Part shown: positions 12,290 to 26,269 of the stretch, one piece after another
Position numbering within the stretch: the stretch's first letter is position 1
How the letters are laid out: every line of letters begins with the position of its first letter
NCBI RefSeq assembly: GCF_004010195.1
Contig: NC_057757.1
Span: forward strand, 6,650,985 to 6,714,984
Length of the DNA: 64,000 nucleotides
Direction: 5' to 3'
Source of the DNA: Chiloscyllium plagiosum
Lineage: Eukaryota
Notes under the pieces: model-generated
Databases searched by the model: none
Seen by the model: only the letters and a program-made list of their open reading frames with translations
What the model was told of the DNA's origin: nothing
Translations under genes and position numbers: made by a program

Positions 12290-13180
12290 TAAGACTTTGG
12301 TCAGGCCACACAGTATTGTGTTCAATTCTGGTCGCCACATTATAGGAAGGATGCATGATGGCTCAGTGGTTAACACTGCTGCCACACAGTGGCAGGGACC
12401 TGGGTTTGATTCCAGCTTCAGGTGAGTCTGTGTGTGGAGTTTGCACATTCTCCCTGTGTCTGCGTGGGTTTCTTCCGGGTGCTCCGGTTTCCTCCCACAG
12501 TCCAAAAGTGTGCAGGTTAGATGAATTGGCCATGCTCAATTGTCCATAGTGTTCAGGGATGTGTAGATTAGGTGCACTAGTCAGAGCTAAATGTAGAGTA
12601 AGAGGGTAGGGGAATGGGCTAGGTGGGTTATTCTTCAAAGGCTCTGTGTGGACTTATTGGGCCAAATGGCCTGTTTCCACACAGTATAGATTCTATGATG
12701 TAGAGGCTTTGGAGAGGGTATCAGGATGCTGCCTGGTTTAGAGGGTATAAGCTACAAGGAGAGGTTTGAAAAACTTGGGTTGCTTTCTCTGGAGCGGCGG
12801 AGGCTGAGGGGAGACTTGATAGAAGTCTGTAAAATGATGAGATACACAGGTAGGGTTGACGGTCAGAGTCTTTTTTTCCCTGGAGTTGAAATATCTGAAA
12901 CTAGGGGGCAGGTATTTAAGGTGAGAGGGCAAGTTCAAAGGAGATGTGAGGGGTAAGTGTTTTACCCAGAGAGTGGTAGGAATCTGCAATACGCTGTCAG
13001 GACTGGTGGTGGTGGAGGTAGATACGACAGAGGCATCTAAGAGACTTTTAGATAAGTAAGGAATGGAGGGATATGGGCCAAAGACAGGCAAAAGGAATTC
13101 GTTTAATTTGGTATCATGTTTGGCACAACAGCGTAGACCAAAGGATCTGTTCCTGTGCTGTACTATTCTATGTTCTATGA
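12290..13180 (+). mobile_element. CR1 LINE 3' fragment interrupted by an HE1-like SINE (about 12355-12700)
   Basis: LGLLSLERRRLRGDLIEV motif; TTCTATG tail; SINE A/B boxes. Confidence 0.85.
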
Positions 13181-13512
13181 AAGCAACCAACTTAATCAGA
13201 GACACCTCCCACCCCAGTTATACTCTCTTCTACTCTCTTTGGTCCGGCAGAAGATACAAAAGCTTAAATACACGTACAATAAATTCAAGAACTGCTTCTT
13301 CCCTGCTGTTTTCAGACTTTTGAATCGACATCTTAATTGTTAATTCTGATCTCTCTCTCTCTTTCTCTCTCTGCATCTTCGCTGCAGTTGTAACACTGTT
13401 CTGCTACTCTGTTGCACTTTGTATGGTATGACCTGCCTGCAGAGCAGGTCGTACAAAAGACCATTTTTCACTGTATCTCGGTACACATGACAACAATAAA
13501 TCAATCAATCAA
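13180..13512 (+). mobile_element. Rex1/Babar-like LINE 3' end
   Basis: DTSHPSYTLFYSLWSGRRYKSL and KNCFFPAVFRLLN motifs; AATAAA followed by (TCAA)n tail. Confidence 0.7.
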
Positions 13513-14559
13513 TACGATAGCCTGGTCTCTAACTTATATGGCATACTCCTGCAGGTGTGATGACCTGCTGGGAATGATTCTTCACTGATCCACAGAGGGA
13601 GGAGGCAGCCTGTCTTGAGTCTGTCTTAATGACGCTCTGCCAGTGTAAGTAGTAATTGTGTCTTCCTGCTGCCCCTTGCTGCTATGTTTATTCCAATCTC
13701 TGCTGTCCCACATCCTAACTCACAGAGCAAGTCCTGCTTAACCCATTGCTCCCCCCCCCCGCCGCTGATCCAGGTCCGGCTGTATCTCAATGTTAACTTT
13801 CCCACCCCTTGCTTTTGAATCCTTCCACGGGCTGGACTCCTCCAAGATCTTTGCACTCCTCCAATTCAGCCCCTTTCGCAAAATGAATCTCCTCCATTGA
13901 TGGCCTTGCTTCCAGGGTGGATTGCCTGGGCTAAATTGCCCACAGTGTCCAGGGATGTGTAGGCGAGGTGCATTAGCCATGGGAAATGCAAGGTTACAGG
14001 GATGGGACACTCTTCAGCGTGTCCGTGCAGATTCAATAGGCCGAATGGCCTCTTTCCATGCTGTGGAGATTCTATGATTCCATCAGCTGCTGTGGTGGGA
14101 TGTGAACCCACATGCCCAGAGCTTTGGCCTGGACCTGTCACTACACTACCATCCCCTCTGGTCTATACCTTAATATTGGCCTTAAAATGCTAAGAATCAA
14201 TTTTGATTTGATTTTTTTGTAATCACGTGTACCTAAGTTTTGCGAGCAGTACAGGTAGATCAGAGCTAGCAAGGACATACAGATCATAGGGTGCTTAGAC
14301 AGAGCGCGGCACACTAAGGTTACGGCTGCACAGGAGGGGCACGATGCAAGATCAACATTATCAACAAGGGAGCACCTCAGTTAAAATAGCAGAAAGACGG
14401 AAATGTTTAATATTTGCATGCTATATCAAAGACTCAATTTCCAGGATTACAACTCCAGGGATGTTAATTCAGAAGCGTAAGAAGGAGTGAACTACTTCAA
14501 GCAGGTGAGATGAGTTAACACACTCCACAACAAGGGTCAATGAATGAAGGCTCACTTTA

Positions 14560-17500
14560 ATTTTGGCAGCAGTTGGAGTGGGGGGAGTGACAAAGGTAAA
14601 GCGATAGAGGAAGGTAAATTTTAAAAGATATAAATGTTTACCTCGTGTATAGGCTGAGCTCACACTGAGCAGTAGCGGGCACGGGACTGCTGGGTAAGTG
14701 AGGTTTTATGTTTAGGTGGTTGCTTTACCCGAAACACTACTCAGGTAGTGTCTCCCACCCGTCCTCCACCTCTAACCAAAACAAAAGGTTCTGTGCACCA
14801 ATTGGTAAGGTGATTGGTTTCTTTATTTTTTTAAAGTTTTTCAGTGGTCTCGTTAGGAATTTAGAACAGTGGGAATGGAGTTTGGGCAGTTGAATGTTCC
14901 TCCTGAAGAATGTATGAGGTAAGGGTCACCACTAGTGTCCCTGCTGACTGCAACTGCGAGAAGTGCACCCAACTCCAGCTCCTCGAAAACTGCGTTAAGG
15001 AACTGGAGCTGGAGGAACTTTGGGTCATTGCGGAGGCGGAGGGGGTTATTGAGAGGAGGTACAGGAAGGTAGTCACAGTTCAGGTAAAAGATGAAGGTAG
15101 ATGGGATACTGTCAGGGGATGTAAAGGGAACCGGAAGGTGGTGCAGGGATCCTCTGTGGCCATTCCTCTCAACAACAAGTATATTGTTTTGGATACTGTG
15201 GGGGGATACGACTTACCAAGGGTAAGCAATGAGGCACAGGTCTTTGGCACAGAACCTGTCCCTGTTGCTCAGAAGGGAAGAGGGAAGAGGAGCAGAGCAT
15301 TAGTCATTGGGGACTCCGTAGTTAGGGGGATAGATAGGAGGTTCTGTGGGAACGACAGAGACTCATGTTTGGTGTGTTGCCTCCCAGGTGCTGGGATTTG
15401 TGATGTCTTTGATCGTGTTTTTGGGATGCTTGAGGGGGAGGGGGTGGAGGAGCAGCCCCAAGTCGTAGTCCACATAGTCACCAATGACATAGGTAGGAAG
15501 AGAATTGGGGATTTAAAGCAGAAATTCAGGCAGCTAGGGTAGAAGCTCGGAGCTAGAACAAACAGAGTTGTTACTTCTGGTTTGTTGCCCATGCCATGTG
15601 CTAGCAAAATGAGGAATAGGGAGAGAGAGGAGTTGAACATGTTGCTACAGGGATGGTGCAGGAGGGAGGGTTTTATATTCCTGGATAATTGGGGCTTTTT
15701 CTGGGGTTGTTGGGACCTCAACAAATAGAATGGTCTTCATCTGAACCAGAGGGGTACCAATATCCTGGGGTGGGAGGGTGGAATTTGCTAATGCTCTACG
15801 GGTGGGTTTAAACTAATTCAGCAGGGGGGTGGGAACCGAAATTGTAGTTTGAATATATGGGAGGTTGAGTGTAGTTAAGTCAGAACTAAGATTTCAAGAT
15901 CGCAGGAAGGCACCGGCAGGCAAGAAGTTGGTTTGAAGTCCGTCTACTTCAACGCCAGGAGCATCCGGAATAAGGTGGGTGAACTTGCAGCATGGGTTGG
16001 TACCTGGGATTTCGATGTTGTGGCCATTTCAGAGATATGGATAGAACAGGGACAGGCATGGTTATAGCAGGTTCCGGGATTTAGATGTTTAGTAAGAACA
16101 GAGAAGATGGTAAAAGAGGGGGAAGTGTGGCATTGTTAGTCAAGGACAGTATTACGGAGGCAGAAAGGACATTTGAGGACTCCTCGACTGAGATAGGATG
16201 GGCTGAGATTAGAAACAAGAAAGGAGGTTACTCTGTTGGAGTTTTCTGTAGATATCCAAATAGTTCTAGAGATGTAGAGGATAGGATAGCAAAAATGATC
16301 CTCCATAGGAGCGAGAGTGACAGGGTAGTTGTTGTGGGGGACTTCAACTTTCCAAATATTGACTGGGAATACGATAGTTCAAGTATTTTAGATGGGTCAG
16401 TTTTTGTCAAATTTGTGCAGGAGGGTCCTGACATAGGCCAACAAGGGGCGAGGCGACATTAGATTTGGTACTGGGTAATGAACCTGGACAGGTGTTAGAT
16501 TTGGAGGTAGGTGAGCATTTTGGTGATAGTGACAACAATTTAGTTATGTTTACTTTAGCAATGGAAAGGGATAGGTATATACCACAGTTATAGCTGGGGG
16601 AAAGGCAATTATGATGCGATTAGGCAAGATTCAGGATGCATAGGATGAGGAAGGAAACTGCAGGGGATGGGCACAATTGAAATGTGGAGCTTATTCAAGG
16701 ACCAGCTACTGTGGATCCTTGATAAGTATGTACCGGTCAGGCAGGGAGCGCAGGAGCCATGGTTTAGTAAGAAAGTTGAATCTCTTGTCAAAAGGAAGAA
16801 GAAGGCTTCTGTTAGGATGAGATGTGATAGCTCAGTTAGGGCACTTGAGAGGTACAAGTTAGCCAGGAAAGACCCAAAGAGGGAGCTAAGAAGAGCCAGG
16901 AGGGGACATGAGAGGTAATTGGCGGATAGGATCAAGGAAAACCCTACAGCTTTCTATAGCTATATCAGGAATAAGAGAATGACTTGAGTAAGATTAGGGC
17001 CAGGAGTGTAGTGCTGGAAATGCACAGTAGGTCAGGCAGCATCCGAGGAGCAGGAAAATCAATGTTTCGGGCAAAAGCCCTTCATCATGACAATTTTCCT
17101 GCTCCTCGGATGCTGCCTGACCTGCTGTGCTTTTCCAGCAACACATTCTCAACTTTAATCTCCAACATCTGCAATCCTCATTTTCACCTAAGATTCGGGC
17201 AAATCAAGTATAGTAGTGGGAGGTTGTGCGTAGAGTCAGAGGAGGTCGGGGAAGCGCTAAGTGAATACTTTTCGTCAGTATTCACGCTAGAAAAAGACAA
17301 TCGTTGAGGAGAATACTGAGACACAGGCTATTAGACTAGATGGGATTGAGGTGCATAAGGAGGAGGTGTTACCAATTCTGGAAAGTGTATAAATAGATAA
17401 GTCCCCTGGGCTGGATGGAATTTATCCTAGGATTCTCTGGGAAGCCAGGGAGGAGATTGCCTAGCCTTTGGCTTTGATCTTTTTGTCGTTATTGTCCACA

Positions 17501-18916
17501 GGAACAGTGCCAGAAGACTGGAGGATAGCAAATGTCATTCCCTTGATCACGAAGGGGAGTAAGGACAACCCTGGAAGTTATAGACCTGTGAGCCTTACTT
17601 CAGTTGAGGGTAAAGTGTTGGAAAGGTTTATAAGATATAGGATTTACAATCATCTAGAGACAAATAAGTTGATTAGGGATAGTCAACACGGTTTTGTGAA
17701 GGATGGGTCATGCCTCACTAACCTTCTTTAGCAGGTGACCAAACAGGTGGATGAGTGTAAAGTGGTTGATGCGGTGTATGTGAATTTCAGTAAGGCATTT
17801 GATAAGTTCCCTATGGCAGGCTATTGCACAAAATACGGAAGCATGGGATTGAGGGTGATTTAGCAGTTTGGATCAGACATTGGCTAGTTGAAAGAGGACA
17901 GAGGGTGGTGGTTAATGGGAAATATTCATCCTGAAGTTCAGTTACTAGTGGGGTACTGCAAGGATCTGTCTGGGCCTACTGCTGTTTGTCATTTATATAA
18001 ATGATCTGGATGAGGGCATAGAAGGATATGTTAGTAAATTTGCAGATGACACTATGGTTGGTAGAGTTGTGGATAGCGATGAAGGATGTTTTAGATTACA
18101 GAGAGACATGGTTAAGCTGCAGAGCTGGCTGAGAGGTGGCAAATGTAGTTTAATGTGGAAAAGTGTGAGGTGAGTCACTTTGGAGGGAGTAACAGGAATG
18201 CAAAGTACTGGGCTCATGGTATAATTCTTGGTAGTGTAGATGAGCAGAGAGATCTCGGTGTCCAGGTACATAGATCCCTAAAAGTTGCCACCCAGGTTGA
18301 TAAGGTTGTTAAGAAATCACATGGTGTGTCAGCTTTTATTGGTAGAGGGATTGAGTTTCGGAACCATGCAATCATGCTGCATCTGTACAAAACTCTGGTG
18401 CGGCCACATTTGGAGTATTGCGTACAGTTCTGGTCACCGCATTATAGGAAGGATGTGGAAGCTTTGGAAAGGGTTCAAAGGATGTTGCCTGGTATGGAGG
18501 GAAGGCCTTATTACAAGGAAAGGCTGAGGGACTTGTGGCTGTTTTCATTAGAGAGAAGAAGTTTGACAGGCGACTTAATTGAGATATATAAGATAATCAG
18601 AGGGTTAGATAGGGCGGACAGCAAGAGCCTTTTTCCTTGGATGGCGATGGCTAGCACGAGGGGACATAGCTTTAAATTGAGGGGTAATAAATATAGGACA
18701 GATGTCAGAGATAGTTTCTTTACTCAGAGAGTAGTAGGGGTGTGGAACACCCTACCTGCAACAGTAGTAGACCCACCAATTTTAAGGACATTTAAATGGT
18801 CACTAGATAGGCATATGGACAAGAATGGAATAGTGTCGGTTAGATAGGCTTCCAGTTGATTTCACAGGTCGGCGCAACATTGAGGGTCGAAGGGCACGAT
18901 AATGTTCTATGTTCTA
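14560..18916 (+). mobile_element. Near full-length decayed CR1-clade LINE: ORF1 (Cys-rich N-terminus + SGNH esterase, about 14875-15830) and ORF2 (APE endonuclease + RT, about 15900-18847), both disrupted
   Basis: ALVIGDSVVR, CCLPGA and VHIVTNDIG (esterase); VVVGDFNFP (APE); YRPVSLTS, QHGF and FADD (RT); (TTCTATG)n tail; several stops and frameshifts; 5' boundary approximate. Confidence 0.93.
17003..17188. mobile_element. Fold-back PLE pLTR mini-insertion inside the CR1
   Basis: Inverted arms; flanked by TAAGATTAGGGCCA / TAAGATTCGGGCAA. Confidence 0.85.
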
Positions 18917-19769
18917 AGGTTGAGGGCGCTGGCTGTTAACCTGCTCCTCAGCACCTTCACTTTCAGACATTTCAAAGACAGCCTCACCTGAAGCAGATGA
19001 ACCTTCCTGAACTGTAAAGCATGTTTTAAGTGACAGGTAATCTGGGAGGTGAACTCATAGCTTTTAAGTCTGGAGTTTCTCAATTTCTTGGGTGGCCACA
19101 AGTCTCAAGATTAATGGGTGTTCATTACAGCAAGATAGAATTTCCTTTGTTCACACCCAATTTTCACTCCCCAACTGATGTCATTCAGTCTCCTCCACAC
19201 ATGCCCGCGTTCAGTAAATTGCTCCCAGCCATTACCTCACCAGCACTCGGGCTAATCCAAAACATTCCAGAAACATCAATCAAAAATAAGCAGTGGAGCT
19301 TTTGTTCGATTGGGCTTTTAAAATACAGTTTTACGCTTGCAAATACGTCACGACAAGATGTTCTACTTTGACTCTGCATTTCACAGCAATATTGGACAGC
19401 GATTGTCAAGAGAAGCAATGATGACATGAGGAGAAACTTGTCAACACAGCGAATGGTTAGGATCTGGAATTCCTGAAAAATGGGATGGGGGCAGGTTCCA
19501 TTGAGGATTTCAAGAGGGAATTGGTTTACTTCAGAAAGGGAAAGATGGACACTTGGTGAAGCGCTACTTTAGACAGTGAGACAGTGAGCACTGGTATACA
19601 GTCCTCAAGGAAGGGTCCTGGTAGCTCTATGATAAGTATGCGATATTTAAGGATAGGAGGACATTCGATCCATCATTCCAATGCTAACTCAGCACCAAAG
19701 CTCCATTTTTGCCATCACTAAGGAAAAAGCAATGGGGAAGGTGAAGGATCTGAAAGTGATTTAAACATC

Positions 19770-21200
19770 TGGACTGCATGTTGCTGAACAAAGGCAACTT
19801 GGAATACAGGTTCAAGGTTCCTTGAAAGCGGAGTCGCAGGCAAACAGGGTGGTGAAGAAGGCGTGAAGAAGGCGTTTGGTATGCTTTCCTTTATAGGTCA
19901 GTGAATTGAGTACAGGAGTTGGGAGGTCATGTTGTAGCTGTAGAGGACATTGGTTAGGCCACTTTTGAAATATTGCGTCCAATTCTAGTGTCCCTGCTTT
20001 AGGAAGGATATTGTTAAACTTGAAAGGGTTCAGAAAAGATTCACAAAATGTTGCCAGGGTTAGAGGGCTTGAGCTATAGAGAGAGGCTGAATAGACCATA
20101 AAACATAGGAGTGGAAGTAAGGCCATTCGGCCCATCGAGTCCACTCTGCCATTCAATCATGGCTGATGGGCATTTCAACTCCACTTACCCGCATTCTCCC
20201 CGTAGCCCTTAATTCCTTGTGACCTCAAGAATTTATCAATCTCTGCCTTGAAGACATTTAGCGTCCCGGCCTCCACTGCACTCTGCGGCAATGTATTCCA
20301 CAGGCCCACCACTCTCTGGCTGAAGAAATGTCTCCGCATTTCTGTTCTGAATTTACCCCCTCTAATTCTAAGGCTGTGTCCACGGGTCCTAGTCTCCTTG
20401 CCTAATGGAAACAATTTCTTAGCGTCCACCCTTTCCAAGCCATGTATTATCTTATAAGTTTCTATTAGGTCTTCCCTTAATCTTCTAAACTCCAATGAAT
20501 ACAATCCCATTGTTTTCCCTGGAGCGTCAGAGGCTGAGGGGTGACTTTGTAGAGGTTTACAAAATCATGAGGGGCACAGATAGGGTGAATAGTTAAGGTC
20601 TAGGTAGGGGAGGCAAAGGCATAGGTTTAAGGTGAGAGGGGAAAGGTCTAAAAGGGATCTAAGGGGTAACTTTTTCACATGGAGGGTGGGGTGCGTATGG
20701 AATGAGCTGCCAGAGGAAGTGGTGGAGGCTGGTATAATTACAAAATTTAAAGAGCATCCGGATGGGTATACGAATAGGAAGGGCTTTGAACCGAAGGGTC
20801 TGTTTCCGTACTGTACAAGTCAATGACTACACCCGAATTCTGAAGGAGATAACTGAGGAGATTGTGGAGGCATTGGTGGTGATCTTTCAGGAATCACCGG
20901 AGTCAGAGATGGTCCCAGAGGACTGGGAAATGACTAAGGTAACACCCCTGTTTAAGAAGGGAGGGAGGGAGGCAAAAGGCAGGAAGCTATAGGCCAGTTA
21001 ACCTCACCTCTATTGTTGTTAAGATGTTAAAAATGAAATTGTGGAGAACTTGTAAGTGCATGGGAAAACTGGGCTGAGTCAACACAACTTCATCAAGGGG
21101 ACCTCATGCCTGACAAATCTGTTAGAATTCTTTGAGGTGGTAATTGAGCAAGTTAGACAAAGGAGAGCCAGTGGATGTAATCTATTTGGATTTTCAGACA
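19770..21200 (+). mobile_element. CR1 fragments, with an opposite-strand CR1 3' end nested at about 20095-20510
   Basis: RT C-terminal motifs on both strands (LYSLEFRRLREDLIETYK on minus). Confidence 0.85.
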
Positions 21201-21204
21201 GCCT

Positions 21205-22990
21205 AGAACATAGAACATCACAGTGCAGTACAGGAGGCCATTCAGTCCTCAATATTGCGCCAATCTGTGGAACCAACCTGAATTCTATACTCTTCCATTT
21301 TCATCCATATGTTTATCCAATGACCAATTAAATGCCCTTAAAGTTGGCGAGTCCACTACTGTTGCAGGCAGTGCATCCCATGCCCTCTGAGTAAAGAAAT
21401 TACCTCTGACATCTGTCCTAAATCTATCACCCCTCAATTTAAAGCTATGCCCCCTTGTGCTTGCCATCACCATCCGAGGAAAAAGGCTCTCACTGTCCAC
21501 CCTGTCTAACCTTATGATTATCTCATATGTCTCAATTAAGTCACCTCTCAAACTTCTTCTCTCTAACGAAAACAGCCTCAAGTCCTCAGCCTTTCCTCAT
21601 AAGATCTTCCCTCCATTCCAGGCAACATCCTAATAAATCTCCTCTGAACCCTTGCCAAAGCTTCCACATCCTTCCTATAATGCGGTGATCAGAACTGTAC
21701 GCAGTACTCCAAGTGCGGACGCACCAGAGTTTTGAACAGCTGCAGCATGACCTAATGGCTCCATTCCTGATGAAGGGCTTTTGCCTGAAACGTTGATTTT
21801 CCTGCTTCTTGGATGCTGCCTGACCTGCTGTGCTTTTCCAGCACCACTTTAATCTAGACTCTGATGGCTCCGAAACTCAATCCCTCTACCAATAAAAGCT
21901 AACACACCGTATGTCTTCTTGACAACGCTATCAACCTGGGTGGCAACTTTTAGGGATCTATGTACATGGACACTGAGATCTCCCTGCACATCTACACTAC
22001 CAAGAATCTTACCATTCACCCAGTACTCTTTATTCCTGTTGCTCCTTCCAAAGTGAATCACCTCACACTTTTCTGCATTAAACACCATTTGCCACCTCTC
22101 AGCCCAGCTCTCCTACTTATGTAAGTCTTTCTGCAACCTGCAACATTAGATTAGATCAGATTTCCTACAGTGTGGAAATAGACCCTTCAGCCCAACCAGT
22201 CCACACCGACCCTCCAAAGAGTAACCCAACCAGACCCACTTCCTTCAGACTAATGCACCTAACACTGTGGACAATATAGCATGAGCTGAAAATGTGTTGC
22301 TGGAAAAGCGCAGCAGGTCAGGCAGCATCCAAGGAGCAGGAGAATCGACGTTTCGGGCATGAGCCTTTCTTCAGGAAACAGAGCATGGCCATATAGCATG
22401 GCCAATTCACCTGACCTGCACATCTTTGGACTGTGGGATGAAACTGGAGCACCCGGAGGAAACCCATGCAGACGCGGGGAGAATGTGCAAACTCCACACA
22501 GACAGTCGCCCGAGGCTGGAATCAAACCTGGGACCCTGGTGCTGTGAGGCAGTAGTGCTAACCACTGAGCATCCTTCAGCACTATCCACAACTCCACCAA
22601 CCTTAGTGTCATCCACAAATTTACTAACCCATTCTTCTACGCCCTCAACCAGGTCATTTATAAAAATGACAAACAGCAGTGGACCCAAAACAGATCTTTG
22701 TAGCACACCACTAGTAACTGAACTCCAAAATGAACATTTCCCATCAACCACCGCCCTCTGTCTTCTTTCAGCTAGCCAATTTCTGAGACACATCACTAAA
22801 TCACTCTCAATCACATGTCTCTGTATTTTGTGCAATAGCCTACCATGGGGAACCTTATCAAACGCCTTACTGAAATCCATATATACCACATCAACCGCTG
22901 TCCCCTCATCCACCTGTTTGGTCACCTTCTCAAAGAACTCAATAAGGCTTGTGAAGCACAACCTATCCTTCACAAAACCGTGTTGACTAT
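21205..22990 (-). mobile_element. CR1 RT/3' fragment interrupted by a pLTR piece (about 21763-21862) and an HE1-like SINE (about 22145-22570, itself carrying a pLTR piece at about 22283-22378)
   Basis: [25 protein letters not shown] and FVDDTK in ORF 22407-22973. Confidence 0.88.
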
Positions 22991-23245
22991 TTCCTCTCTA
23001 AATGATTATAAATCATATCTCTTAAACCTTTTCCAAGTCGTTACCCACATCTGTGTTGGATTACTATTTGTGCCGGTTAAATTTCACTCTCTCAAGGCAG
23101 TGGTGAGGAAGGAGGGAAAGCTGCAAAGGGAAACACCAATAGGGTTTAAGTTAAGGGTGTGCCATTTGGATTTTAAAATGTGATTCTTGAAGGGAAAGAG
23201 AAGCAGCTCTACCAACACACTTAAACAGCGACTAATGAACCTAAT

Positions 23246-23562
23246 GGGCGGCACAGTGGCACAGTAGTTAGCACTGCTGCCTCACAGCGCCAGAGACCCG
23301 GGTTCAATTCCCGCCTCAGGCGACTGACTGTGTGGAGTTTGTACATTCTTTCCGTGTCTGCGTGGGTTTCCTCCGGGTGCTCCAGTTTCCTCCCACAGTC
23401 CAAAAATGTGCAGGTTAGGTGAATTGGCCGTGCTAAATTGCCCATAGTGTTAGGTGCAAGGGTAAATGTAGGGGAATGGGTCTGGGTGGGTGCGCTTCGG
23501 CAGGTCGGAGTGGACTTGTTGGGCTGAAGGGCCTGTTTCCACACTCTGAGTAATCTAATCTA
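23246..23562 (+). mobile_element. HE1/V-SINE-like SINE, nearly complete
   Basis: tRNA-like head GGGCGGCACAGTGGCACAGT..GGTTCAATTCCC, V-core, (TAATC)n tail. Confidence 0.92.
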
Positions 23563-24085
23563 ATGAACCGAAAGGATCCATTAGATACCACTAGCAAAAC
23601 TCATGTCATTTACAAGATACCTTGCAAGAACTATAAAAAACATTACCTCGGACAAACTAGCAGGAAACTTGCCACCAGGATACATGAACACTAACTGGCC
23701 ACCGAAAGACACGACCCACTCTCACTAATTTCCATACATACAGACAAAGAAGTCACCACTTTGACTGAGACAACTTACATCCTAGGACAGGTGAAACAAA
23801 GACACGCACGAGAATTCTTAGAGGTATGCCATTCTAACCAGAACTCCATGAATAAACACAGCTACCCTCCCTTGATAAAAAGAGCCGGAAATGACTCACC
23901 CACCATAAGAAACCAAGATCTATAAACAGAGAGGTGGGACACACCACCAGCGCTTCACCAGCGACTCTCACTGATGACGTTACTTAGTATGGTGATGAAA
24001 CGTCAGAAAACAAACCCTCCAGCTCAGTGAGCTAACTTACATTCTTATCATCAACCTGAGCTCCAAATCTGCTCAAAATTCGCTA
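23563..24085 (+). mobile_element. Second PLE family (Poseidon-like) 3' end with GIY-YIG remnant and hammerhead
   Basis: Translates VIYKIPCKNYKKHYLGQTSRKLATRIHEH; CTGATGA..GAAACGTC at 23971-24004. Confidence 0.82.
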
Positions 24086-24734
24086 GGAGCTATTCTTGTA
24101 AGAGAAAATAGAATACAAATATGTGGTACACAGAGAAACAGCCTAACTGGTATGTTCTAACGTTCACAAGCCTCCTACCACTCTTTCTGTATCCAATTCT
24201 TTCAATACAGTAAAAGAATACTGGTCACAAATACAGAGTAAAGTCTCAATAATCACTACAATGCAAAGCACAGTCACTGTCACAATGTAAAGGGTGAGGT
24301 CCTCAGGTGGCAAACAGCTTAGCTACACCTAGCGAAAATAAAACACAGAACTGCGGGTGTTGGGAAGCTGAAACAAAAACAGGAATTGCTGGAGAAACTC
24401 AGCAGGTCTGGCAGTATCAGTGGAGAGAGAAACAGAGACAATATTTTGGGTCCAGGTGACTTGAGACACCTATGTCTGGTGATTCTTCTTCAGAACTGAT
24501 ATTAGCGAGGAAAAGGTAGTGTTTATGGTAAAGACAGGGATTGGAGGAGGGAGGGTAAAGGAGTAAGTGAGAGATGGAGACAGTGTTCAGCGAGAGAGAA
24601 AGACAGTGAGGCATAATGGTAAGCCATGGAGAAAGAGAAGCTGATAATGGAGACCATAGTAGGTGGAAATGTGCATGCTGTACATCTCTATGACTCTATA
24701 TCATGACAGGATCGAAAAGGGTGGTGCTGGACAT

Positions 24735-25788
24735 TCAGGGACCGCAAATTTCCCCTCCCACATGATCAACAATGCCCTCCAACGTATCTCCTTCACTTCC
24801 CGCATCTCCACCCTTGAACCCCACCCCTCCAACTGCAACAAGGATAGAACCCCCTGGTCCTCACCTTCCGCCCCACTAATCTCCAGATACAGCTGATTAT
24901 CCTCCGCCATTTCTGCCACCTACAATCAGACTCCACCACCAGAGATATATTTCCCTCCCCATCCCTATCAGCATACTGCAGAGACCATTCCCTCTGCGAC
25001 TCACTTGTGAGGTCCACTCTCTCCCACACCAACCCACACCCAGCATCTTCCATTGCCGTCGCCCAAACCTCCACCTTCACCTCCGTCCAAGTCCCCAAAG
25101 GATCTCTTCACATCCAGCAGAGATTTTCATGCACATCCGCCCACCTCATCTACTGTGTATGTTGCTCTCAATGTGGTCTCCTTTACACTGGGAAGACAGG
25201 ACACCAACGCATGGAGCATTTCAGGAACGCCTCTGGGACACACACACACACCAAACAACCACACCGCCCTGTGGCTGACTACTTCAACTCCCCCCCTCAC
25301 CCCTCCCAAAGACATGCAAGTCCTGGGCCTCCTCCACCGCCAAATCAAAATTGCCCGCCAACTGGAAGAAAAACGCCTCATCTTTCACCTTGGGACCCTC
25401 CAACCACACTGCATCAACATCCACTTCACCAATTTCCTAATCTCCCTCCCCCTACCTCATCCCAAATCCAACCCTCCAACTTGGCACTGCCCTCTTGAAC
25501 TGTCCCACCTGTCCATCTTCCTTCCCACCTATCCACTCCACCCTCCCCTTCGACCTATCATCACTATCTGCACTGACCTATCACCTTCCCAGCTACCTCC
25601 CCCACAGCCCCACCCCCATCCTCCTATTTATCTGTCATCCCCCTTCCCCCTCCACATTCCTTACGAAGGGATTATGCCCAAAACGTCGACTCTCCTGCTC
25701 CCCGGATGCTGCCTGACTTGCTGTGCTTTTCCAGCACGACCCTTTTTGACCATGATTTCTCTAGAATCTGCAATCCTCACTTTCTCCA
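24735..25788 (+). mobile_element. PLE 3' fragment (GIY-YIG + pLTR)
   Basis: FSCTSAHLIYCVCCSQCGLLYTGKT and RQLEEKRLIFHLGTLQPHCINI motifs; pLTR end CTCACTTTCTCC. Confidence 0.88.
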
Positions 25789-26269
25789 TACCACGACGGT
25801 ATTCAGGATCTAAAATTATTGAGCCTGACACTGAGTGATGAAGGCTGAAGAGTCCCCACCTGGAAAATGAGATGATGCTCCCAGCTTGACACAAGCCTCA
25901 CTGAAGCACTATAGAAGGCGTGAGACCAAAAAACGTTAGCCGGAGAAATGTTGGTGTGTTGAAGTGGCAGGCAACTGAAAGCTTGGGGACAGTTGTGTGG
26001 ATAGTACGTAGGTTTTCGCAAAGCGGTCACCCAGTCTGCATTTCATCCCCCAGTGTAGAGGAGACCACATTGTGAGCAGTGCTAGTTGTTTCTATTTGTA
26101 ACTCATTGTGCCGTAGTTTATCAGTCACTGACTAAGTACAGTAAAGTGACTTTGTCCATGATAGAACTTGCATGGTTTTTATTTCAGTAACAAACACAGA
26201 GAGATCGCTGGAGAAACATTTGTGGAGAGAGGAAGCACTTTAGCGTTTTGATTCCAGTATGACTCCATG

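Noticed and set aside
14910..18847. Functional esterase or reverse transcriptase genes
   Set aside because: Fragments of one CR1 with multiple stops, frameshifts and an insertion
23246..23320. tRNA gene-like sequence (also at other SINE heads)
   Set aside because: A/B boxes continue into a SINE core and LINE-derived tail; these are SINE heads, not tRNA genes
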